A DNA stretch of 27,152 nucleotides from assembly GCA_038850285.1 (NCBI GenBank), contig JAWCMA010000012.1, positions 8,492 to 35,643 on the forward strand, given 5' to 3'. The position numbers and the translations under genes were made by a program. A model generated the notes under the pieces. It did no database searches. It saw only the letters and a list, made by a program, of their open reading frames with translations, and had not been told where the DNA came from. This stretch comes from Methanocellales archaeon (GTDB lineage Archaea > Halobacteriota > JAWCLZ01). This document shows positions 17,239-25,538 of this stretch, in pieces (the first letter of the stretch is position 1; the number at the start of each line of letters is the position of its first letter).

Positions 17239-18417
17239 ATGGAGAAGAAAAAAATGCTCAAGGAGTTGATCAAGCAGTTGCATGAAGGAGCAGTGCCAGC
17301 TGAAGTTAAAGAAAGATTTAGGCAAGTTTTAGAGAGCACAACTCCATTGGAAATCGCTAGAATAGAGGAGGAACTTATAAAAGAGGGAATACCTAGAGAA
17401 GAAATCTTGAGGCTTTGCGATGTTCATCTAGCTGTTTTTAGAGAGCAGTTGGAAAGGCAAAAAATCGAGGTACCCCTTGGGCATGCTATTGGAATATTAA
17501 TTGAGGAACATAGAATTCTTCTGGAAAGGCAGGAGAAACTTAATAGCATTGCAGCTGAGCCAGCACCTAATTTAGTGCAGCTTAAGCAAATCGCAATAGA
17601 TTATTTAGAAGCTGAAAAGCATTATCTGAGGGAGGAAAATGTGCTTTTCCCAGTTTTAGAGAAACATGGCATAACTGAGCCTCCTGCGATTATGTGGATG
17701 GAGCATAATCAACTGAGAGAGCGAAAAAAGGCATTTCGCAATTTAATTGAAAACTATAATACCATGAGTCTTGAGGTATTTAAAAAGCAGCTTGGCGAGA
17801 GCGCAGAGGCTTTGAATAGCTTGCTTTCAAGTCATATATTTAAAGAGAATAACATTCTTTTCCCAGCTGCAATGCGCGTGGTCACAGAGCAGGAATGGAG
17901 AGACATTAGAAGAGAATTCGATGAAATTGGATACCCCAGTTTTACCCCCAGGCATTTATTAACCCCTATTTCACTGGAAGCTGAGAAGCCGGTGGCTGCG
18001 CCTCCTGAGCTATGGCAGTTTGAAACAGGCTCGCTTTCAAAGGAGGAAGTTGAGGGGATTCTTAACACCTTGCCAGTTGATATTACATTTGTGGATAGGG
18101 AAGATGCTGTTAAATACTTCAGCAAGGCGGAGAAGAGAATTTTCGTTCGCACCAAAGCGATTTTAGGGAGAAAAGTGCAGCTCTGCCACCCGCAGAAAAG
18201 CATTCATATAGTGAATAAAATACTTGACGCCTTCAAAGCAGGTAAAAAAGACTTTGCTGAATTCTGGATCAAGAAAGGGGAGAGCTTGATATATATTAGA
18301 TACTTTGCAGTTAGAGATAAAGCTGGAAAATATCTGGGAACGCTTGAAGTAACGCAGGATATATCGGATATTAAGAAAATTGAAGGCGAGAAAAGACTGC
18401 TAGACTGGGGAGAATAA
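17239..18417 (+). CDS. DUF438 + hemerythrin-like + PAS domain protein
   Basis: LKELIKQLHEG...RLCDVH (DUF438); EEH, HYLREENVLFP, MWMEH and HIFKENNILFP (HHE/hemerythrin); LPVDITFVD...IFVRTKAILGRKVQLCHPQKS...YLGTLEVTQDI (PAS). RBS AGGTGG. Confidence 0.93.
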   Translation: MEKKKMLKELIKQLHEGAVPAEVKERFRQVLESTTPLEIARIEEELIKEGIPREEILRLCDVHLAVFREQLERQKIEVPLGHAIGILIEEHRILLERQEKLNSIAAEPAPNLVQLKQIAIDYLEAEKHYLREENVLFPVLEKHGITEPPAIMWMEHNQLRERKKAFRNLIENYNTMSLEVFKKQLGESAEALNSLLSSHIFKENNILFPAAMRVVTEQEWRDIRREFDEIGYPSFTPRHLLTPISLEAEKPVAAPPELWQFETGSLSKEEVEGILNTLPVDITFVDREDAVKYFSKAEKRIFVRTKAILGRKVQLCHPQKSIHIVNKILDAFKAGKKDFAEFWIKKGESLIYIRYFAVRDKAGKYLGTLEVTQDISDIKKIEGEKRLLDWGE

Positions 18418-18418
18418 A

Positions 18419-18438
18419 TTTAAATTTATAAATTTAAA
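18419..18438. terminator. AT-only 20-bp perfect palindrome between convergent genes (possible bidirectional terminator)
   Basis: TTTAAATTTATAAATTTAAA lies between the stops at 18417 and 18443. Confidence 0.45.
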
Positions 18439-18442
18439 AGAT

Positions 18443-19003
18443 TTAAATATGAAAACTGTGAATCGCAAAGAACTTGAAAACTAGGTTCGAGGTGCGGTAA
18501 ATAGCTATTAACTCCTGCAGTTCTTTACTTAAATCCATTTTTCTCTCAAGTGCTATTCTATTCAAAATCCTTATCTCCCAAGCGACTTCGTCTTCTGAGA
18601 GTGGAATTTGAGATTTCCATATTTTTTCCTCCACTTTTTTAAATCCAGCTTGTTCAAGCTGCTTTATTAGCTTATGGAGATTGCTAGCATAGCTTGGGAA
18701 TATCCTCTCTTTAATTTGAAGCATCTTTTTAGCGAATCGATTCATAGCTAGCTCTTCCACTACAATTAATCTCTCTTGAATGCAACTTTTAAGGTTCGAG
18801 AGGATGGGGATCAAATCAGCATTGGGAAATAAGCAGAATGCTGAGTAAATTATCGCTGCATCGTATTCTAAGCCTTCATCTGTTAAACCGCGGCTCAATT
18901 CAAGGACTCGCTTGCCATCTAGGTCTAGGGCTTTTAGGAGTTCAATGTGCCTTAGCTCAATAAAGCTTGGGATTTTCAGCTCGTTACTATGAATATTTAT
19001 CAT
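18443..19003 (-). CDS. Hypothetical protein, degenerate class I SAM-methyltransferase-like
   Basis: LDLDGKRVLELSRG, YDAAIIYSAFCLFP, RLIVVEE and LEQAGFKKVE resemble methyltransferase motifs. ATG 19003 is preferred because the upstream extension is AT-rich, promoter-like DNA. Confidence 0.6.
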   Translation of the reverse strand: MINIHSNELKIPSFIELRHIELLKALDLDGKRVLELSRGLTDEGLEYDAAIIYSAFCLFPNADLIPILSNLKSCIQERLIVVEELAMNRFAKKMLQIKERIFPSYASNLHKLIKQLEQAGFKKVEEKIWKSQIPLSEDEVAWEIRILNRIALERKMDLSKELQELIAIYRTSNLVFKFFAIHSFHI

Positions 19004-19146
19004 TGTTACAGATTTATGAAAAATATATTTTATAAAGTTAATGAAATAATTATCAATGCTGATAATCATCCCTGATAATTTAAAGCAGCCCAAAAGCTAG
19101 AAAAGAGCAAAAATATATACTAACGATATTCAATATAAAGAAGTAG

Positions 19147-20109
19147 ATGCGGGAACGACTATTTGAAAGAGTGGTAAATATATTGAATAGAGCAGGCTTC
19201 GTGACCTCTGAGCGATGCGATGTAAGACCATCAAGCTTCGATCTAGCGGCTAGAAGAGAAGACCTGCTGCTACTGCTTAAAGTGCTCTCAAATATCGATG
19301 GACTATCCGAGGAAGCAGCTTTGGAGATAAAGAAACTAGCTGTATATCTACTGGCACACCCTCTCATAGTAGGCGAGAGAACCAGCGACCATAGCTTGGA
19401 AATAGGAGCAGTGTACCTTAGATATGGAATACCAGCTATTAACTGCGAAACCTTGAGTGAATACTTCATAGAGGGAATCCCCCCGCTGGTATATGCAGCC
19501 CCCGGCGGTCTATATGTGAATGTAGATGGCGAGGAATTGCGGGAGATTAGAAGGAAGAAACAGTTCTCACTTGGGGAGCTCGCAAGTTTAATGGGGGTTT
19601 CTAGGAGAACGATTCGCAAATATGAAGAAGGCATGGATGCAACAATCGATGCAGCGATTAAACTCCAAGAAATACTGGAAATGCCCATTGCAAAGCCCAT
19701 AGATCTCCTTGCATTTGAATTGGAATTGGAAAAAACCCCGCTAGAATCATTGAATCTCAGCTCTCTGGAGAAGCACGTGCTTGAAATGCTAATGGGAATC
19801 GGCTTTGATGTTTTACCCACAATGCGCTCTCCATTCGATGCCCTCTCAAAGGATAAATCTACAACCATCTTAACTGGGATCAGTGAGCATAGAGAAATAT
19901 CAATGAAAAAAGTTCGCTTGATGAGCAGCATCTCAAGAGTGGCTAGGGCTAAATCCATATATATCGTTGAAAAAATTGGTAAATCCACCCAAATAGGCGA
20001 CACCGTGCTCCTGCATAAAGACGAGCTGAAGAAAATTGAAGATCCAAAGGAGTTCGTGGATCTAATAGAAGATAAAAAACATCAAGCTAGACGGCAGAGG
20101 GGCTATTGA
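19147..20109 (+). CDS. Archaeal HTH transcriptional regulator (COG1395; Cro/C1-type HTH)
   Basis: SFDLAARR, LLKVLSNIDGL, GAVYLRYGIP, PLVYAAPGGLYV, HTH SLGELASLMGVSRRTIRKYEEG and RSPFDA. Confidence 0.93.
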   Translation: MRERLFERVVNILNRAGFVTSERCDVRPSSFDLAARREDLLLLLKVLSNIDGLSEEAALEIKKLAVYLLAHPLIVGERTSDHSLEIGAVYLRYGIPAINCETLSEYFIEGIPPLVYAAPGGLYVNVDGEELREIRRKKQFSLGELASLMGVSRRTIRKYEEGMDATIDAAIKLQEILEMPIAKPIDLLAFELELEKTPLESLNLSSLEKHVLEMLMGIGFDVLPTMRSPFDALSKDKSTTILTGISEHREISMKKVRLMSSISRVARAKSIYIVEKIGKSTQIGDTVLLHKDELKKIEDPKEFVDLIEDKKHQARRQRGY

Positions 20110-20113
20110 TAAA

Positions 20114-20155
20114 GCTAAAAGCTAAAAACTAAAAACTAAAAACTAAAAGCTAAAT
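20114..20155. repeat. Heptamer tandem repeat (RCTAAAA)x6 between convergent genes
   Basis: GCTAAAA GCTAAAA ACTAAAA ACTAAAA ACTAAAA GCTAAAT. Confidence 0.9.
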
Positions 20156-20158
20156 AAT

Positions 20159-20437
20159 TCAAGTCCAACTCTCAATGGACTTAAATTCATAATTTGCATA
20201 TCTACTCCGCCAGTCACTAGGTAGATACATGCGCTCTCCACCAAATTTAGAAGCAATCTCATCAAGAAGTCCTAGATTAACACTTCCCTCAAACCTGAGG
20301 ATAACAATTCCCTGCGGTTCTCTTGATTCATCTATAAAAAAATTAATCCCTGCCACAGAAATGCTATCGTAAATCTCCAGAAGGAATTTATAGGTTTCCC
20401 TCCCGCTTTTAAATTTGTAGCCTGTATCAAGCTTCAC
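20159..20437 (-). CDS. Hypothetical protein, 92 aa
   Basis: Fills an otherwise empty gap and has normal composition. GTG start; no family recognised. Confidence 0.6.
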   Translation of the reverse strand: MKLDTGYKFKSGRETYKFLLEIYDSISVAGINFFIDESREPQGIVILRFEGSVNLGLLDEIASKFGGERMYLPSDWRSRYANYEFKSIESWT

Positions 20438-20481
20438 ATTTACATTGATGATAAATCAAATTTAAATTTCTTTCCTTCAAG

Positions 20482-20541
20482 ACTTGCAGATTTGCAGACT
20501 ACACATGCTTAGATATGTAGATATGCAAAACATTTATATAA
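20482..20541 (+). promoter_or_regulatory. BRE/TATA promoter with upstream degenerate ATATGCAG-type repeats
   Basis: ACTTGCAG ATTTGCAG ACTACAC ATGCTTAG ATATGTAG ATATGCAA AAC ATTTATATAA. Confidence 0.55.
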
Positions 20542-20581
20542 CAAAAAAATGTAATCTCTGCCATTCTACCTTGGGGATACC

Positions 20582-20722
20582 ATGGCTTTACCTACTCGAA
20601 AAAATTTAATAGAAATTATATGTGGGAAATGCAAATATTATGTTAGGCAGCAGAATAAATGCAAATTCACAGGCTACTGCAGCAGACGGAGCTCGCTAAC
20701 CTATGCAGTTTCAGAAGAGTAG
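20582..20722 (+). CDS. Cys-rich microprotein, 46 aa (CxxC-x9-C-x5-C)
   Basis: Not in the ORF track. MALPTRKNLIEIICGKCKYYVRQQNKCKFTGYCSRRSSLTYAVSEE*. It has a TATA box about 45 nt upstream and RBS GGGGAT, and ends 18 nt before the next gene. Confidence 0.6.
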   Translation: MALPTRKNLIEIICGKCKYYVRQQNKCKFTGYCSRRSSLTYAVSEE

Positions 20723-20740
20723 GGAGAGCAAATCTTAAAT

Positions 20741-21511
20741 ATGCCCAAACTCCAGCCATTAGTTAATACCCCAGTTTTAGTTGTGAGGCAAAAAATCAAA
20801 ACCCTAGTAATAGCTGATATTCACTTGGGCATAGAATGGGATTTATACTTCAGCGGCTTCAATATTCCAAGTCAGATTGAGAAAAGACTTAATAGAATAT
20901 TGAAATATGTGGAGGAAGTGAAGCCTAAAAAAATAATTCTCCTAGGGGATGTGAAGCACAACGTTCCATATCTTTCATTCCAAGAGAAAAAAGAAATTCC
21001 CTATTTCTTAAGAGAACTGGAAAAATATGCTTTGATTGAAATAATGCCGGGAAATCACGATGGAGGTATAAAAAAATTACTGCCAAGCAAATCCGAAATA
21101 GTTCTTCACAGCTCTGAAGGAGCTATAATCGACGGCATAGCCTATTTTCACGGCCACGCCTGGCCTGCTCCTGAGCTCTTCAAGGCTAGAGAAATGATAA
21201 TGGGCCATAATCACCCCGTGATAAAATTTACAGACGCGCTTGGTAAAAAACACCTCGAGCCAGTTTGGATAAAGGCTAGGTTTAATCGCACTGCTATTGA
21301 AAAGCACTATAAAGTAATAAGCTGGAATAATCCTCGCTTAACAGTAATGCCAGCCTTCAATGAACTCGCAGGGGGCATACCTTTCAATGAAGCAGCATAT
21401 GCTGAGCTACTGGGTCCTATTTTCACTTCAAATGCAGTTAAATTGAATAAAGCAATCTGCTATTTACTCGATGGCACTTATTTAGGTGAAATTGGAAAGC
21501 TCCGCGTTTAA
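20741..21511 (+). CDS. Calcineurin-like metallophosphoesterase (COG1407, Lhr-associated type)
   Basis: IADIHLGIE, LLGDVKH, PGNHDG, FHGH, MGHNHP and VMPAFN. Confidence 0.92.
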   Translation: MPKLQPLVNTPVLVVRQKIKTLVIADIHLGIEWDLYFSGFNIPSQIEKRLNRILKYVEEVKPKKIILLGDVKHNVPYLSFQEKKEIPYFLRELEKYALIEIMPGNHDGGIKKLLPSKSEIVLHSSEGAIIDGIAYFHGHAWPAPELFKAREMIMGHNHPVIKFTDALGKKHLEPVWIKARFNRTAIEKHYKVISWNNPRLTVMPAFNELAGGIPFNEAAYAELLGPIFTSNAVKLNKAICYLLDGTYLGEIGKLRV

Positions 21512-22614
21512 GAAACCGGTTCATATATAATTCCAAGCTTTCTAGCGATTTTCATCGCTCTATCCATTTCCTCAAAACTGGGTCTCCTAGCAATATCTTT
21601 GAATAAATGCGGGGCTGCTGCCACAGCGTGTTCAGGGCGATATTGACTCATTATATTAACCAGTGCTCTAGGCAGATTTATAGATATCCACTCCAGCAAT
21701 GGTTTGGTATCGCAATCCAAGTGATTCGGCAAAACCAAATGGCGTATGATGATATCGCCACTCTCATGAGCTAGCTTATGGTTCCTCGATACAATTGCGA
21801 AGTAATTCTTAACTTTGCTTAATCTCTCCGCACACGCATCACTATAATATTTGAAGTCCGGGAGCCATATGTCTATTACCTCCGCTAGAATTTTCATCGT
21901 TTCCTCGCTGCAGTAAAGATTGCTATTCCAGAGCAGTGGTACATTTACCTCCAAATAGCGAAGGGACTCCACAATGGTATGTAAATTAGGAGTGGGATCT
22001 CCACCCACATAGTTTATATTTCTGCATCCCTCTCTGCGGAGAGTTCTAGCAAGTGAAGCAAGTTTCTTTGCATCCACTTCAACTCCATTATATGGATCAG
22101 TGGAGATATCCCAGTTCTGGCAGAATTGACATCGAAAATTACAAGAAGTAAAGAAAATCGTGCCGCTGGGCACAAGAGGCGCTTCTTCACCATAGTGGTG
22201 GAAGCAGGATGAGACTCTAGTAATGCTATCAAGCTCGCAAAAGCCCTTTGCTCCTTTCCTTCTATTTGCTTTACACCGCCGCTCGCAGAATATGCAGTTC
22301 TCAAGCATTCGATTCGCAATTTCAATCTTCAGATCCAGAAAACTCGGGTGCTTCAGCTCTAGATCTTCGAGCTTTATGTTCTCGCTTGCGATTTTCTCCA
22401 GTGTTTCTCTAAAGATCGAGGCAAGATTGCTGTGCTCTCTCCAAAGGTTCTCTATGGAATCACTCTCTTTATAATTTGCCTTTATTCTCTTGCAGATCAA
22501 AAACTTAGAGGGCTTTTTATCCAGCATAACTGCAAAGTACCAGCTAAGCCTCCGCCTCACTTCTGCATTCTGCCAAACTGTTTCTGCGTCGGGTCTAGCA
22601 AATATCCAGCTCAT
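21508..22614 (-). CDS. pflX: Radical SAM protein, PflX-like
   Basis: Auxiliary CIFCERRC...GFC, HYGEEAPLVPSGTIFF, CNFRCQFC (CxxxCxxC), NINYVGGDPTP, WLPDFKY, IIRHLVLPNH and VNIMSQYRP. Confidence 0.9.
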   Translation of the reverse strand: MSWIFARPDAETVWQNAEVRRRLSWYFAVMLDKKPSKFLICKRIKANYKESDSIENLWREHSNLASIFRETLEKIASENIKLEDLELKHPSFLDLKIEIANRMLENCIFCERRCKANRRKGAKGFCELDSITRVSSCFHHYGEEAPLVPSGTIFFTSCNFRCQFCQNWDISTDPYNGVEVDAKKLASLARTLRREGCRNINYVGGDPTPNLHTIVESLRYLEVNVPLLWNSNLYCSEETMKILAEVIDIWLPDFKYYSDACAERLSKVKNYFAIVSRNHKLAHESGDIIIRHLVLPNHLDCDTKPLLEWISINLPRALVNIMSQYRPEHAVAAAPHLFKDIARRPSFEEMDRAMKIARKLGIIYEPVS

Positions 22615-22678
22615 ATTTCATTTCCATGGATAAATTTCGACATAAAGGCTAATAGATTTTGCGTCCTATTTATAATTC

Positions 22679-25475
22679 GTGAATGCATTTGACCTACTCC
22701 ATCCAAGAATAAAAAATGCACTGGGAAAAATTGGCTTAAGAATTCCAACTGAGCCTCAGGAGCGTGCCATACCTTTAATTTTAGAGGGAAAAAATGTTTT
22801 AATTGCTGCACCAACTGGCACAGGTAAAACTGAGGCAGCCATACTACCTGTATTCCATAAAATTTTGAATCAAGAGATAAGAAATGGAATCTCCGCGATA
22901 TACATAACTCCTCTCCGAGCTTTAAATCGAGATATGCTCAAGCGCCTTGAAGTGCTAGCTCGAGAGATCGAGATTAAAGTGCAAGTTAGACACGGTGATA
23001 CACCTGAGAGGGAGAGGCGGAGGCAAGCTGCTTCCCCACCTGACTTATTGATCACCACGCCTGAAACCTTTCAAATCCTGTTGATTGCTCCAAAGCTCAA
23101 AGCTCATTTGAGGAATATTCGCTATGTAATAATAGATGAAATTCACGAATTAGCTGACTCTAAAAGAGGCGCGCAGCTTGTGATTGCACTTGAAAGACTT
23201 TCAGATCTATCAGAGTTTCAGCGAATTGGGTTATCCGCGACCATTGGTGGAATAAATGAAGTTATGAAATTCCTAGGAGGATTTAGAATAGTTGAAGCGG
23301 TTGAGATTTCAATCGCCAAGCAGCTTGATTTTCAAGTTCGAAGCCCGGTATTAACAGTGAAGGATGAGGAACTTGCTAGAAAACTGGTAACTGAGGTTGA
23401 AAATGCCGCGGAGATCAGATATATCAAGGAAATTCTGGAAAAGAAGCAATCAGTGCTTGTATTTGTAAACACTCGGCAAGCTGCTGAAGCACTTGGTGTT
23501 AGGCTTAAAATGCTGGGAGTTAAAGCTGAGGTGCACCATAGCTCGCTATCCAGAGAAGCGAGGATAGAGGCGGAGGATGCATTTAAAAAAGGCAATTTAA
23601 AAGCACTGGTTTGCACTTCTTCAATGGAGCTGGGAATTGACATTGGCTTGATCGACCACGTGGTGCAGTATCATTCACCTCGCGAGGTCACTAGATTGCT
23701 TCAGCGCGTTGGGAGATCAGGGCACAAAGTGGGCGATATCTCAAGCGGGACAATTATAGCCTCTGAACCAGATGACATCTCAGAGGCTTGTGTAATTGCA
23801 AGGAGAGCAAAGAATGGTGAAATAGAGCAGCTCAATATACATAAGGCACCCGCGGATGTTATCGCGAATCAAATCTGCGCCATGGCACTTGAGCATCGCG
23901 AAGTTAGCGTGAGCAAGATATTTCAGCTCATTAAAAAAGCTCATCCTTATCAAGAACTCTCATTTGAGAGATTCCAGCAAATTCTAGATCAGCTTAAAGA
24001 GCAGCGCTTGATCTTTGAGAAAGCTGGAGTGGTGAGAAGAAGGGAAAGGACTTGGCATTATTTCTATGAAAACCTCTCAATGATACCCGATGAAAAGCGC
24101 TATGAAGTCTACGATATAGTGCGAGGGAGAAGTGTGGCAAGTTTAGATGAAGCATTCGCAGTGAACTTCGCTCAAGATGGAGCGATCTTCATTGCAAAAG
24201 GGGAGATGTGGCGAGTGTTAGATGTAGCTGAGGATAAAATCAAGGTTGAGCCAGTTGAAAACCCCGAGGGAGAAATACCTAGATGGAGCGGGGAGGAGAT
24301 CCCAGTGCCCTTCGAAGTGGCTCAGGAAGTGGGGTTGCTGAGAGCTGAAATCTCGCGGTTAGCGAGTTTAAGCGATGATGAAATAGCTCAGCAAATTTTA
24401 AAGCAGGGCGAGTATCCTGTGGATGTAGCTACTTTTAAAAAAGTCATTCAGCAGGTGAAAATGCAGCTAAAAGAAGGCTGCGAGGTGCCAACTCATAATA
24501 AGATAACAGTAGAGAGCAGTGGGAAAAGTGTAGTCATAAATGCATGCTTTGGGCATAAGGTAAATGAAACAATTGGCAGAGCCCTGAGCTCCCTCCTCGC
24601 AGCTAGATTTGGAGGCAGCGTTGCCCTCGAGATAGATCCATATAGAATCAAACTCGAGCTTCCGAAGAAAATATCCCCTGCGCAAATAGCTGAGCTTATT
24701 AAAAGCAGAATATCTAGAGCCAATAATAGAGATAACGCTAAAACAATCCTCACTTTTGAAATGGAAGATATTGCACGTGGCTAGAAGATTTGGCGCGGCG
24801 CGAAAGGATGTGGATTACGAAAAACTCGGGATGGATAAATTGATCTCGATATATACCAATACCCCGCTTTATGAAGAGGCAATTCGCGAGATCTATCACG
24901 ATAAAATTGATATAGCAAGGGCAAGGGAAATCTTCAATTCCATAAGCGAGGGTAAAATATCCATTTCAATTTCAAATCTCAGTCCAATTGGTCTCTCTGG
25001 GTATACCGCGGGCTATGAGCTTTTATTTCCAGAGAAGATCGATCAATCCATAGTGCTTGCTTTGAAAAACCGCATTCTCAGCGACCGCGTTATACTAATC
25101 TGCCTCAACTGCAAGCAGTGGAAATCCACGCGCAGAGTAATGCAGGTGCAGGAGCAGCCTAGGTGTGTGCTCTGCGGCTCAGGGTTAATCGCAGCCCTCA
25201 AACCCTGGGAGGAGGGGGAGATCAAGCTTTTGAAAAAACCAGAGCATTTGAAAACCCAGGAGGAAAAAAATCGCGTTAAGCGAATCTTCAGAAATGCAAA
25301 TCTAGTGCTCTCTAATGGAAAGCAAGCAGTGATCGCACTTGCAGCCCGTGGCTTAGGCCCAGAGATTGCCTCGCGGATTCTTAGAAAGCAACCTTTGGAT
25401 GAGGAGGATTTTTATAGAGAGATTTTAAAAGCCGAGAGGCAGTATATAAAAACTAAGAAATTCTGGGATTTATAA
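22679..25475 (+). pseudogene. lhr: Lhr-family SF2 (DEAD/DEAH) helicase with C-terminal Zn ribbon, split by a +1 frameshift near 24690-24705
   Basis: Part 1 has APTGTGKT, YITPLRALNRD, TTPE, DEIH, GLSAT, FVNTR, HHSSLS, MELGIDIG, QRVGRSGH and SMIPD. The +1 frame continues AEYLEPIIEITLKQSSLLKWKILHVARRFG...CLNC...CVLC. The joined product is about 930 aa. The break may be a sequencing or assembly error rather than a true pseudogene. Confidence 0.88.
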
Positions 25476-25538
25476 ACTAATAAATATCGAGCGTAAAATA
25501 GAAAGCATTATAAAAATAGCATACAAATTGAAAAGCCT

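Noticed and set aside
19004-19093. N-terminal extension of the 216-aa ORF
   Set aside because: The region is very AT-rich and promoter-like; ATG 19003 is the more plausible start.
19080-20003. 307-aa minus-strand ORF
   Set aside because: It is the antisense shadow of the well-supported COG1395 regulator, is Ser-rich and has no motifs.
20114-20155. Possible CRISPR array
   Set aside because: The units are 7 bp with no spacers, and there are no cas genes in the window.
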